A program made the position numbers and the translations under genes. The notes under the pieces were generated by a model, which was not told where the DNA came from, ran no database searches, and saw only the letters and a list, made by a program, of their open reading frames with translations. A stretch of DNA of 49,464 nt from a virus. Below, one piece after another: positions 1-8,845 of the stretch. How positions within the stretch are numbered: the first letter of the stretch is position 1; each line of letters opens with the position of its first letter. Where the stretch lies: positions 1-49,464 of the IMG/VR virus record IMGVR_UViG_3300002054_000003. The stretch is one strand, 5' to 3'.

Positions 1-47
1 TGAAGCTATGACTGATGAAGCTATGACTGATGAAGCTATGACTGATG
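1..47. repeat. Terminal overlap, copy 1 (identical to 49418-49464)
   Basis: A by-eye comparison of the first and last 47 nt shows they are identical, which implies a circularised or terminally redundant genome. Confidence 0.9.
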
Positions 48-52
48 AATTA
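8..52 (+). repeat. 15-bp coding tandem repeat ATGACTGATGAAGCT (2 full units plus a partial unit)
   Basis: Units lie at 8-22 and 23-37, with a partial unit at 38-49. Each unit encodes MTDEA. Confidence 0.9.
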
Positions 53-193
53 TGGAAAAAATTTCAAAATGATTTTAATGCTATGACTGATGATGAAATT
101 GACGAAGAAATATGTGAAATAAAAGAACATATTATTTGGTTTGAAGCAGTTTCTGCATGGATAAAAGCGGGGCGTCCGCGAAACAAAACTTGA
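8..193 (+). CDS. Small acidic protein with N-terminal MTDEA repeats
   Basis: ORF track. Its ATG overlaps the stop of the Ner-like gene (ATGA) across the circular junction. Confidence 0.5.
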   Translation: MTDEAMTDEAMTDELWKKFQNDFNAMTDDEIDEEICEIKEHIIWFEAVSAWIKAGRPRNKT

Positions 194-258
194 CCTCATT
201 GACCCAAACAATTAGTGATTTTCTTAACATTCAAAGAAATGAAATCTGATTAAGTCTT

Positions 259-879
259 ATGAGTAATGTTCAGCTTCCACCGGGTGTCATGCAACCCCCT
301 GAAAATATTAGAATAATTCCTTCTGCTGAAGGTATCCCTTATGGTGCTGGCCGTCCTATTCGTGTTGATCCATCACCTGCAACGTACAAAGCACGTGCTG
401 AAATTTGTCGTGAACAAAAGCCCGGTGCAGGGCGTCCAACGATCTTTAAAGATGCTGATGAATTAGCACATGCTTGTGCAGAGTATTTCGAATGGGTGGA
501 TAACAACCCATGGAAAGAACAGAAAGTTCAATTCTCGAATAAGCTTGGTGCATGGGCAACAATTGATGTGAATAAAAAACGTCCTTACACGCAAGGTGGA
601 TTGTGCATTTATCTTGGCATTGCTGATCAAACTTGGATTGCTTGGCGCACTGTGGAACAATTTAAACATGTTGTTGCACAAGCTGAAAAGATTATTCGTG
701 AAAACAAATTCAACGGTGCCGCTGCAGGATTCTTTAACCCAACGATCATGGCGCGTAGTCTTGGATTGGTCGATAAACAAGAAATCGCGGGCCCTAATGG
801 TGGTCCACAAGAAGTAATCACCAGTGAAATGACGCCTGAAGAAGCCGCGGAACGGTACGCAAAGACACGTGAGATATGA
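259..879 (+). CDS. Terminase small subunit (putative)
   Basis: GAGRPTIF..AEYFEWVDNNPW, then RPYTQGGLCIYLGIADQTWIAW and ..GLVDKQE, match the pattern I recall for a common phage small-terminase HTH family. Confidence 0.7.
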   Translation: MSNVQLPPGVMQPPENIRIIPSAEGIPYGAGRPIRVDPSPATYKARAEICREQKPGAGRPTIFKDADELAHACAEYFEWVDNNPWKEQKVQFSNKLGAWATIDVNKKRPYTQGGLCIYLGIADQTWIAWRTVEQFKHVVAQAEKIIRENKFNGAAAGFFNPTIMARSLGLVDKQEIAGPNGGPQEVITSEMTPEEAAERYAKTREI

Positions 880-999
880 AGCATAGATTACCGAACCCTA
901 ATGTTTTCAGGGGGTTGCCCTGTCTGCGATTCAGATTGAATAATAATTGGAGACACCAATGCCGTCGAATCTGAAGCAGTTGGCTATCTTAGGTGATGA

Positions 1000-1269
1000 A
1001 TGATGGTTAAGCCAATGGTAGCATTTGGTGATATGAACCATGTCAGTTTCTTATGGAAACCCGGTTTCAGATCAAGATTAGGAACTTTACCGGAAATATT
1101 TGAAAATTTTAAAAGTGATTTTACCGCAGATTCCAACAAACTTTTCCCTGCTTTAATCATTGTTCGAACAACACCTTTGCGACGTGCTATCTTGCGTCAC
1201 TATGCTAAGTTGGGTTACTGCACTATTGTCAATAATGCAGATGAAATCAGAAAAAGGCTACCAACATGA
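1000..1269 (+). CDS. Hypothetical protein
   Basis: ORF track. Same strand and tightly packed with its neighbours. Confidence 0.4.
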   Translation: MMVKPMVAFGDMNHVSFLWKPGFRSRLGTLPEIFENFKSDFTADSNKLFPALIIVRTTPLRRAILRHYAKLGYCTIVNNADEIRKRLPT

Positions 1270-1448
1270 CTCTTAGACAATTGATCGCCGCATTCTTCAT
1301 TAATCTCAAGTATTGGGTAGCGTTTCGCCTACTTGCACGTGAAGAATGGGATAAAATTTCACCGCTTAACCCTGATGAAGCCGTTGAACAATTGACAGAT
1401 GATCAAATCAGTCGTCTTGAAGCTTTGGCTGAAGAATTTGCAGAATAA
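1266..1448 (+). CDS. Hypothetical protein
   Basis: ORF track. Its start overlaps the preceding stop by 4 nt. Confidence 0.4.
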   Translation: MTLRQLIAAFFINLKYWVAFRLLAREEWDKISPLNPDEAVEQLTDDQISRLEALAEEFAE

Positions 1449-1842
1449 AAAATACTGTAAGAACCCTACGTGCAACAATAGAATTCATCGTAGGGTTCTT
1501 ACCAACCCATCAGGTAACGAAGTTCTTGAAAAACCTAGTTCATGGCACCGACGCAAATACTGCAGCAGGAAGTGTTACGACAACCATATGAGCGTAGAAC
1601 CACGTGGACCTATAGGGAAAACGAAAGACTTTCCTGATAAGGAGTGCTTCGTTTGTGGCGCAAAATTTAATCGTCGTGAAGGTCAGACTGCATCAAATTT
1701 TCATAAACGTAAAACATGCTCCGATCGTTGTCATAACGTGTTGAATAAGTTTAGAAAACTTGATGCACATCGTGAAATTCAGAAGAAGCTTGAACGTTTA
1801 GTTCACCTTGAAAAGCTTGTGAAGCATCATGGGTTGAAATAA
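1399..1842 (+). CDS. Zinc-binding protein with two Cys4-like modules
   Basis: Module one is CKNPTC...YCSRKC and module two is CFVCG...CSDRC. The start is uncertain because it overlaps the previous ORF by 50 nt. Confidence 0.5.
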   Translation: MIKSVVLKLWLKNLQNKKYCKNPTCNNRIHRRVLTNPSGNEVLEKPSSWHRRKYCSRKCYDNHMSVEPRGPIGKTKDFPDKECFVCGAKFNRREGQTASNFHKRKTCSDRCHNVLNKFRKLDAHREIQKKLERLVHLEKLVKHHGLK

Positions 1843-1880
1843 ATGTTGTTAAATGTCGTTTAGCTTGATATCAGCGATAC

Positions 1881-2066
1881 ATGAACGATGAAGAATTCAC
1901 TGCTGAATTTATTCGTCAAGGTTTTCCTTTACGATTAGCAGAACCAGCACCCGCAGGTTTTATTGTCAGACTTCATCGTGAAGGGATACCTATTAAACTA
2001 GGTGGACCAGAACATGCTTTGATTGAACGTCAATTCCGTTTTCGGAAATACAAAGGGGATCACTGA
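1881..2066 (+). CDS. Hypothetical protein
   Basis: ORF track. Its stop overlaps the next start. Confidence 0.4.
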   Translation: MNDEEFTAEFIRQGFPLRLAEPAPAGFIVRLHREGIPIKLGGPEHALIERQFRFRKYKGDH

Positions 2067-2380
2067 TGACAACCGCACAACTACCACCCGGAATTCAACC
2101 TGCCGTCATGCATACAGGACATTTTGAACAAGCCGTTCAAGGTTCTTCGTATCGGGTAACAGCTGACGAACTTAGACAATTCATTGAACGTTGGGAACGT
2201 CTTGAAGCTGAAAAGAATGATCTTGCAGAACAACAGAAAGAAGTCATGGCTGAAGCGAAGGGACGCGGCTATGACACCAAGGTTATTCGTCTTGTGATCG
2301 CACAAAGAAAGCGTGATAAAGATGATATCGCTGAAGAAGAAGCGGTTCTTGAAATGTACAAAGAAGCGATGGGGATGTAA
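2066..2380 (+). CDS. gapR: GapR-like (DUF2312) nucleoid-associated DNA-binding protein
   Basis: LRQFIERWERLEAEKNDL..KEVMAEAKGRGYDTKVIRLVIAQRKRD..EEEAVLEMYKEAMGM closely parallels Caulobacter GapR as I recall it. Confidence 0.7.
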   Translation: MTTAQLPPGIQPAVMHTGHFEQAVQGSSYRVTADELRQFIERWERLEAEKNDLAEQQKEVMAEAKGRGYDTKVIRLVIAQRKRDKDDIAEEEAVLEMYKEAMGM

Positions 2381-2381
2381 G

Positions 2382-2561
2382 ATGATTGTTGGATGGGTCT
2401 TAATTTTTATGGTGATTTTTTATTCTGTTGTAGGATATCGCCTGTATCTTATTTCAGAAGAAACACCTGCTGAAGTCATGATGGATATTGTCACGATTTA
2501 TGCTTTGTTGGGACTTATTTTTGCGATGGTCATTGTTCGTTTTTATGGTACGAAGAAATGA
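2382..2561 (+). CDS. Small membrane protein (2 predicted TM helices)
   Basis: I chose the in-frame ATG at 2382, just after the gapR stop. There are two hydrophobic stretches. Confidence 0.5.
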   Translation: MIVGWVLIFMVIFYSVVGYRLYLISEETPAEVMMDIVTIYALLGLIFAMVIVRFYGTKK

Positions 2562-2698
2562 CTACTGGTGACGTGATCATAATTTTCATTCTGATTTACA
2601 TGATATGTTCAAGGTAGTTGACAGACAAATAATTTACTGACAAAGTGGTTCGTGTTGAGAGTGCGAAAATTTTCATACAATTCTTCCCTAAACTTCTA

Positions 2699-2733
2699 AC
2701 ACCGGGTGTTCATTCACCCGGTGTTTTTTGTTT
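2699..2733 (+). terminator. Rho-independent terminator
   Basis: A perfect 10-bp stem (ACACCGGGTG/CACCCGGTGT) with a 6-nt loop, followed by TTTTTTGTTT. Confidence 0.75.
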
Positions 2734-2827
2734 GACATGTACTGAACGTTGTGGGACAGTTTATAAGTATTCGCAGGACACGCTACGCGTTCAAGGAATG
2801 ACACGGTGACTTTTAAGTTCTGCCAAT

Positions 2828-2900
2828 CCGTGCAACCTACCCTCACTCTGTATCCCGTGCAACCTACCTTCCCTGCAGAGTGAGGGTAGATTTCTATTTG
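2828..2900 (+). promoter_or_regulatory. Structured element: a 14-nt direct repeat x2 plus a 14-bp stem-loop with a T-rich tail
   Basis: CCGTGCAACCTACC occurs at 2828-2841 and 2855-2868. CTACCCTCACTCTG (2837-2850) pairs with CAGAGTGAGGGTAG (2876-2889), followed by ATTTCTATTT. Confidence 0.45.
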
Positions 2901-2925
2901 ACAACACATGTTCGATCGTTAGTCT
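2898..2925 (+). promoter_or_regulatory. Candidate sigma70-type promoter
   Basis: TTGACA (2898-2903), 16-nt spacer, TAGTCT (2920-2925), upstream of the 2968 ORF. Confidence 0.35.
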
Positions 2926-2967
2926 GAAATCACTTGTCGGTGATCCGATTAACTGAAAGGACTGAAT

Positions 2968-3195
2968 GTGCTAAAACTTTATCTGTTCATTGTGTCTTCT
3001 TTGCTTGTTGTCACCAGCCTGACCCTTGCCGTTGCGTTTCATGTTTCGACATTCTTTGTAAAAGTGAATCCGATGGCACTTGTTACGCCCAATCACATGA
3101 CTGTGTTCATGTTCTTGGTGTCGTTTGTCGGTACGGCACTTTTCTTCAAGCAAAAGATCATTTCGTTTCTCGAAAGTGTGTATCACACACCTTGA
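2968..3195 (+). CDS. Small hydrophobic membrane protein (GTG start)
   Basis: AAAGGA lies 5 nt upstream of the GTG. The 75 aa are mostly hydrophobic, giving 2-3 TM helices. Confidence 0.4.
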   Translation: MLKLYLFIVSSLLVVTSLTLAVAFHVSTFFVKVNPMALVTPNHMTVFMFLVSFVGTALFFKQKIISFLESVYHTP

Positions 3196-3347
3196 ACGTT
3201 ACGCCAACCGCGCAATTTAACACATATTTAAGCACTACTCAAGATTATGACCTATGGTAAATCACTATGGGTCTTTTCATTTGTCATTCACTCATTTAGG
3301 TGTATTTGAACGTTTAAGTTGAATTCATATGCAGGTAGTATATCTGA

Positions 3348-3614
3348 ATGACCAATGAACATAAAAATGACGCTGCTGATAAAGCTATTGCCAAATTGAA
3401 TGAAATGTTGGACAGTGATCAAATCACTATCTTTACAGCTGATGAAGCAGATGCTTTGAAAGAGGTTGCTAAAGCATGGCGTTCCGCACAGGGTTTCGTT
3501 TACATAGCAAGTCTAGCGGGGGCCACCCTAAAGTGGTGCGTTGCGATCGGTCTAGCATGGGCCGCGTTCAAAACGGGCCTGTTTGGGTTTTTCACGGCAA
3601 ACACCAATCCATGA
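3348..3614 (+). CDS. Membrane protein with C-terminal TM helices
   Basis: ORF track. The C-terminal half is hydrophobic. Confidence 0.55.
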   Translation: MTNEHKNDAADKAIAKLNEMLDSDQITIFTADEADALKEVAKAWRSAQGFVYIASLAGATLKWCVAIGLAWAAFKTGLFGFFTANTNP

Positions 3615-4027
3615 TTCAACGTCACCTGATATCCGCGGTCACGGCGTTAGGTTTAGTCTCATTAGCAATTCATCTTTGGACCATTCTTACCCCTGTCGTT
3701 ATCTTCATGAAAGCCTCTGATTGGCTTGATGAAGGACCATCTATTTCAGCAAAAATTCGCGGTTACAAAATCAATAATTGTACCGTGGTCGAAAGATCGT
3801 TTGTCGGTTGGCAAAGAACAGAACGTGGATGGGACGAAACACCTTTAATTTTTATTGACGATTTGACACCAGACAGCACCCGTCCTGCTGAATGGCAACG
3901 TCAATCGTTTGGGCGTTGGTCATGGGGTGTATCGGATAAATCAAACTCTGTCAGAGTGACAATGCAACATGATTGCAACGGGGATTTGCGTACAACGGTT
4001 ATAGGTCCATTCAGTTACAGCCAATGA
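3611..4027 (+). CDS. Membrane-anchored protein with an N-terminal TM helix
   Basis: I chose the ATG at 3611, which overlaps the previous stop (ATGA), instead of the track start at 3476. Confidence 0.55.
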   Translation: MIQRHLISAVTALGLVSLAIHLWTILTPVVIFMKASDWLDEGPSISAKIRGYKINNCTVVERSFVGWQRTERGWDETPLIFIDDLTPDSTRPAEWQRQSFGRWSWGVSDKSNSVRVTMQHDCNGDLRTTVIGPFSYSQ

Positions 4028-4326
4028 AGAATAAGCATGAAATTGCTAAAGGTCTTTGGGCTGAATATCTTCGTGTTGAAGAATGGGCGGTTACTGATGA
4101 TGAAATTCATTCAGCACGCGTAGCTATTCGGTGTGTAGCGACACGTTTAGATTGTTATAATGAATTTGTAGCGTGTGGTAAACCAAAAACACTTCGTAGT
4201 TTAGGTGCAGTGATTGGTTCAAAGGTTCGTTTTATTGATGATCCTGAAGGAACAACACGCACTGTTCAGAGTGATCAGCAGCTTGATTACCCACATATGT
4301 TACCTTGGATTCTGGTTCAAAAATGA
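4024..4326 (+). CDS. Hypothetical protein
   Basis: The ATG at 4024 overlaps the previous stop (ATGA). The track start at 3973 is less likely. Confidence 0.5.
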   Translation: MKNKHEIAKGLWAEYLRVEEWAVTDDEIHSARVAIRCVATRLDCYNEFVACGKPKTLRSLGAVIGSKVRFIDDPEGTTRTVQSDQQLDYPHMLPWILVQK

Positions 4327-5954
4327 CTGATCAATCACCGTGGCCGCCAAATTACGTTCCTACGTTTATGTGGCGTCAACAAGAACTGATCAAACTTCGC
4401 AAAGATAAAGACCTTCTTTTCGGTGCGAAAGAATATTACAAAACACGTCCCATTGAATTCATTACCGATTGGGTTGACACTTACGATCCGCGGAACGCTG
4501 GTAAATCGGGAATGCTTACCCGTATGCCGTTTTTGCTTTTCCCACGTCAGAAAGAAATGATCCGATTCCTTCAGGCTATCCTTGAAGGCGAAGAAGACGG
4601 ATTGATAGAGAAGTGCCGGGACGCGGGTGCAACGTGGCTGTGTGTGGCGTTCAGTGTGTGGCTGTGGCTGTTTTGGCCGTCTGTTGCTGTAGGATGGGGT
4701 TCACGCAAGCAAGAATACGTTGATAAGCTTGGCGTGATTGATTCAATCTTTGAAAAAATACGGCAAGTTATTAAAGGTTTACCAGCTGAATTTTTACCTG
4801 TGGGTTTTAACGAAAAAGACCACATGTTGTTTATGCGGATTATCAATCCTGAAACGGGTTCAACGATCACGGGTGAAGCTGGTGACAATATCGGTCGTGG
4901 TGGTCGTACAAGAATTTTCTTTGTTGATGAAGCAGCCCATATTGAACGCGCTGAACTGGTTGAAGCATCCCTTGGTGATAACACCCGTTGTCGTGTCGAT
5001 ATTTCGTCAGTGAACGGTGTAGGGAACGTCTTTCACAGGAAACGTGAAGCAGGTGTTGAATGGTCAGGTGGTGCTGCAATTCCTGACAAGACAAACGTGT
5101 TTATTTTCGATTGGCGTCACCATCCGGCAAAAACTGAAGAATGGCATTCCAAGCGCAAAAAGAAATTTGAAGATCAGGGATTAGGACACGTATTCGCGCA
5201 AGAAGTTGACCGTGATTATTCGTCATCTGTTGAAGGTATCATAATTAAACCTGAATGGGTTGATGCTGCAATTGATGCACATAAGAAATTAGGTATTCAA
5301 CCAACCGGACGGCGAATTTCAGGACTTGATGTTGCTGATGAAGGTCTTGACCGTGATGCGTTGGTTTCCCGTAAAGGAATACTGATTGATTTTGCACAAT
5401 CATTTAAATTTGCTGATCCGGGTGCATTAACAAGACATGCTGTTTCACTTTCACCAACGAATGAATTAGTGGAAATCTTTTATGATTGTATTGGTGTTGG
5501 TGCGGGCGTTAAATCTGAAGTTAATCGTTTAAAAGCTGAAAACTTAATTTCAGATAAATTGTCATTTCATAAATGGGACGCTTCAAGTTCTGTATTATTT
5601 CCTGATGAAAACATTATTGAAGGTGATGAAGAAAGCCCATTAAATAAAGATCATTATCAGAACTTAAAAGCGCAAGCATGGACTGAAGTTGGTCGCCGTT
5701 TCTTTTGGACGTGGCAAGCTGTCACCCAAGGTATCAGAATTGATCCTGACTTGATTATTGCAATCGATTCCGAAATGGAAAACTTGCATACTCTGAAGCG
5801 TGAATTAAGTCAGGCAACATCAAAGCTTTCAACGGCAACTATGAAGGTTGTGGTGAATAAATCACCTGATGGAACTAAGTCACCGAACGTTGCTGACGCC
5901 GCGGTGATGTCACTGTTTACAACCAAGACCGATACTTACACTATTGCGCTTTAA
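4323..5954 (+). CDS. terL: Terminase large subunit
   Basis: About 540 aa, immediately upstream of the portal. RDAGATW is P-loop-like and IFFVDEAAHIE is Walker-B-like. The ATG at 4323 overlaps the previous stop. Confidence 0.85.
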   Translation: MTDQSPWPPNYVPTFMWRQQELIKLRKDKDLLFGAKEYYKTRPIEFITDWVDTYDPRNAGKSGMLTRMPFLLFPRQKEMIRFLQAILEGEEDGLIEKCRDAGATWLCVAFSVWLWLFWPSVAVGWGSRKQEYVDKLGVIDSIFEKIRQVIKGLPAEFLPVGFNEKDHMLFMRIINPETGSTITGEAGDNIGRGGRTRIFFVDEAAHIERAELVEASLGDNTRCRVDISSVNGVGNVFHRKREAGVEWSGGAAIPDKTNVFIFDWRHHPAKTEEWHSKRKKKFEDQGLGHVFAQEVDRDYSSSVEGIIIKPEWVDAAIDAHKKLGIQPTGRRISGLDVADEGLDRDALVSRKGILIDFAQSFKFADPGALTRHAVSLSPTNELVEIFYDCIGVGAGVKSEVNRLKAENLISDKLSFHKWDASSSVLFPDENIIEGDEESPLNKDHYQNLKAQAWTEVGRRFFWTWQAVTQGIRIDPDLIIAIDSEMENLHTLKRELSQATSKLSTATMKVVVNKSPDGTKSPNVADAAVMSLFTTKTDTYTIAL

Positions 5955-6007
5955 AACTGTTTGAACTATTCGTCTTCTAACGCGTTTTACAGAACTGGTT
6001 CTATGAT

Positions 6008-7342
6008 ATGACCACAGTAACATTACCACCCGGCATGGTCGTAAAATTGCCTACTGTGACTGATGGTCTTGTTAATCTCACATCTGGAATGGGTACGTCA
6101 CGTGACAAGGCTGCGCAAGCAACTTACTTACGTGCTGAATTCGATTCAGAGAAAGTTCTAAACGCTTATTCTAATTCATCATTTGTTCAGCGTGCCGTTG
6201 ATATGCCGTCTGAAGACGCGGTTCGTCAGTGGCGTGATTGGCAGGCTGAATCAACTGACATTATGCTTATTGAAGAAGAAGAAAAGCGTTTGAATTTGAA
6301 GATGAAGGTGCTTGAAGCACTTCGCCTTTCGCGTCTTGTTGGTGGTGCTGCAATCCTAATTGGTAATGGCGATAAAGACCCGTCTGAACCGATCGATTGG
6401 GAAAACATGCAGATTGGTGGCATCAAATATCTTACCGTCTTGTCACGGGATGATATCACAGCTGGTATTGTTGAAGACGATGTAATGTCTGATGGGTATG
6501 GTAAACCCAAGCATTGGTATTTCACGACTGCTACAGGTGAAATGCGTCATGTTCACCCGTCACGCCTTGCATTCTTTTATGGCGTTCCACCACTTGTCAC
6601 GACTTCCCGTAACAATAATGATGGATGGGGTTACAGCGACATTGCGGGTAAGCTTGATCGTATCATTGCAGTTGAAGAAGCAGCCGCTAACGTTTCGTCT
6701 TTGATTTATGAAGCCAAGGTTGACGTTTTCAAGATTCCTAAATTGATGAAGAATCTTTCAGAACGTGGAATTAAATATGAAACTGAAGTTTTAAGCCGTC
6801 TTTCATTGGCGGCATTGGGTAAAAGCAATACCGGTGCATTGGTAATGGATGGTGATGAAGAATACGAACAAAAGACTTTAACGTTCGCTGGTCTTCATGA
6901 TGTTCTTGATAGGCTTATGCAATTGGCATCCGGTGCAACTGGAATCCCTGTCACTTTATTTTTCGGTATTTCACCGGGTGGATTGAATGCCACAGGTGAT
7001 GCAGACATTCGCAATTATTACGATCGTGTGAAGGTCTATCAAGAAACCCGTATGACACCGGGAATGCGCGTACTTGATGAATGTTTAATTAGGTCTGCAA
7101 TTGGTGATCGTCCTGCTGATCTTCATTATGAATGGGCTTCCTTGTGGCAATCCAGTGATGAAGAAAAAATAAAGAACGGTAAAGTGCTTGCTGAAACGTT
7201 TAAAATCTTGGCAAATATGGGAACATATGAACCAGAAATTATTGGTCAGGCTTTAGCTAATGCATTAACTGAAAATGGTTCTGCACCGGGTCTAGAAGAT
7301 TTGCTTGCAGAATACGATGATGAAGGTGTAGAAGATGACTAA
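6008..7342 (+). CDS. Portal protein (putative, DUF1073-like)
   Basis: 444 aa directly after terL, with an acidic C-terminus. The call rests on position and size. Confidence 0.75.
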   Translation: MTTVTLPPGMVVKLPTVTDGLVNLTSGMGTSRDKAAQATYLRAEFDSEKVLNAYSNSSFVQRAVDMPSEDAVRQWRDWQAESTDIMLIEEEEKRLNLKMKVLEALRLSRLVGGAAILIGNGDKDPSEPIDWENMQIGGIKYLTVLSRDDITAGIVEDDVMSDGYGKPKHWYFTTATGEMRHVHPSRLAFFYGVPPLVTTSRNNNDGWGYSDIAGKLDRIIAVEEAAANVSSLIYEAKVDVFKIPKLMKNLSERGIKYETEVLSRLSLAALGKSNTGALVMDGDEEYEQKTLTFAGLHDVLDRLMQLASGATGIPVTLFFGISPGGLNATGDADIRNYYDRVKVYQETRMTPGMRVLDECLIRSAIGDRPADLHYEWASLWQSSDEEKIKNGKVLAETFKILANMGTYEPEIIGQALANALTENGSAPGLEDLLAEYDDEGVEDD

Positions 7343-8474
7343 TATGAATGTACGTGATAACATTTCCTTTGATGCATCTGGTTTAACAGTCACGGCTGAT
7401 GGCTTTTTAATTGGTGATGCAAAAGTTTCTCGTGCTGGTAACATTCAAACATACCTTGGACTTGAATTAGGTCTTTTAGGTGATGATTCAGCAAATACAT
7501 TTAGTGTTTATCGTGATCCTGATGTGATCTTTGATGAACAAAGCATGATGTCACTTGCAGGGCGTCCGGTCACTCGCAATCATCCAAATAAACCTGTTAC
7601 CGCGGATAATTACAAAGAATTGTCTGTTGGTCAGATGGGGGGCATCATTAAGCGTGATGGTGAACATGTTGTTGCACCTATGGCTATTATGGATGCAACA
7701 GCAGTGAAAGAAGTTATGGATGGTGCACGATCGCTATCCGCTGGATACACTGTCGAAATTACGAAAGAAGACGGTATTACACCTGATGGTCAGCCTTATC
7801 AATTCCGTCAATCAGGTAATTTACGTTTTAATCACGTGGCATATTTGCCAGATAACAACCCACGTGCAGGGAATACCCGTTTTGGTGATCAAGAAACGGG
7901 TTGTATATGGGGCCGTGCGCCCTTAACCATCGACCAAACAAGCGAGACGAAAGGTAAACAAATGTCTGATGCGCTTAAAGTGATGGTGTTGGGTGATGCA
8001 GTGGCACATGTCTCTGCAACTGACGCCGCTATTGTCGAAAAGTTCAAGGCTGATACAGCTAAGACGATTTCCGACATGGAAGAAGAATTCAAGAAAAAAT
8101 CCGATGACAAGGATAAAGAACTTGCGGAAAAAGATGGTGAAATCAAGAAGCTTAAGGATGCTGCTTTGTCCGATGAAGCACTTGATAAGCGCATTGAAGA
8201 TCGTGCCAATCTGATCGCAACCGCAAAAGCAATTGTTTCCGATGTGGAAGTTAAAGGTCTTTCGGATGCGGAAATTCGGAAAGCTGTTGTTACCAAGAAG
8301 CTTGGTGATGATGCTGTAAAAGATCGCAGTGAAGCGTTCATTGATGCACGTTTTGAAATTCTTGCTGAAGACGTGGATACCGACCCGTTGAAGCAGGTTC
8401 TGTCCGATCGTCAAACCCAACCGAAAGCTACAGCCGATGCTTGGGCTTTCCTTGATGAAGAAGGTGCGAAGTAA
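7335..8474 (+). CDS. DUF2213-like prohead scaffold/protease
   Basis: The N-terminal pattern SRAGNIQTY..VYRDPDV..RPVTRNHP..SAGY matches the DUF2213 consensus as I recall it. The C-terminus is a charged coiled coil. Confidence 0.65.
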   Translation: MTNMNVRDNISFDASGLTVTADGFLIGDAKVSRAGNIQTYLGLELGLLGDDSANTFSVYRDPDVIFDEQSMMSLAGRPVTRNHPNKPVTADNYKELSVGQMGGIIKRDGEHVVAPMAIMDATAVKEVMDGARSLSAGYTVEITKEDGITPDGQPYQFRQSGNLRFNHVAYLPDNNPRAGNTRFGDQETGCIWGRAPLTIDQTSETKGKQMSDALKVMVLGDAVAHVSATDAAIVEKFKADTAKTISDMEEEFKKKSDDKDKELAEKDGEIKKLKDAALSDEALDKRIEDRANLIATAKAIVSDVEVKGLSDAEIRKAVVTKKLGDDAVKDRSEAFIDARFEILAEDVDTDPLKQVLSDRQTQPKATADAWAFLDEEGAK

Positions 8475-8830
8475 TGACCACTCTTACTGAAGGTTCGCGA
8501 AAAGCTGAATTTATCGTTTCTGAAGCGAATGATTGGCGGTCGCGTGATGAAGTTGTTACACTAACTGTTCCGGCAACTGGTGTAGCTTCAGGTACAATCG
8601 TTGCAATTTCCGCTGCTGGTGTTGCGACCGTTGAACCTGCGGCTGGTGAAGAAGCGGGAATCGTGTTTGCACCTTTCCCTGCTGATCAAGCCGGTGACTA
8701 TCCCGCAACCGTCATTCGTCGTGATGCTGAAGTAAAAGCATCTGAATTGACGTATCTCAGCACTGCAGATGCAGTTGCTATCGAAGCCACTAACGCCGTG
8801 TTGGCGGGCCTTGGCATCATCGTCCGCTAA
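8474..8830 (+). CDS. Head decoration protein (putative)
   Basis: 118 aa lying between the scaffold and the major capsid gene. Confidence 0.55.
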   Translation: MTTLTEGSRKAEFIVSEANDWRSRDEVVTLTVPATGVASGTIVAISAAGVATVEPAAGEEAGIVFAPFPADQAGDYPATVIRRDAEVKASELTYLSTADAVAIEATNAVLAGLGIIVR

Positions 8831-8845
8831 AAGGAGTTTCCAAAA

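Noticed and set aside
1457-1502. A perfect 14-bp inverted repeat (GTAAGAACCCTACG / CGTAGGGTTCTTAC, 18-nt loop) just after the stop of ORF 1266-1448, considered as a terminator.
   Set aside because: It has no U-tract. It also lies within the first Cys module (CKNPTC...) of the zinc-binding ORF, whose two-module symmetry argues that the region is coding. It may still modulate translation.
2688-3260. ORFs 2688-2909 (-) and 2934-3260 (+) in the structured gap.
   Set aside because: They span the terminator and repeat elements, are Cys/His-rich and of odd composition, and have no RBS. Only the hydrophobic 2968-3195 frame with AAAGGA-N5-GTG was kept, at low confidence.
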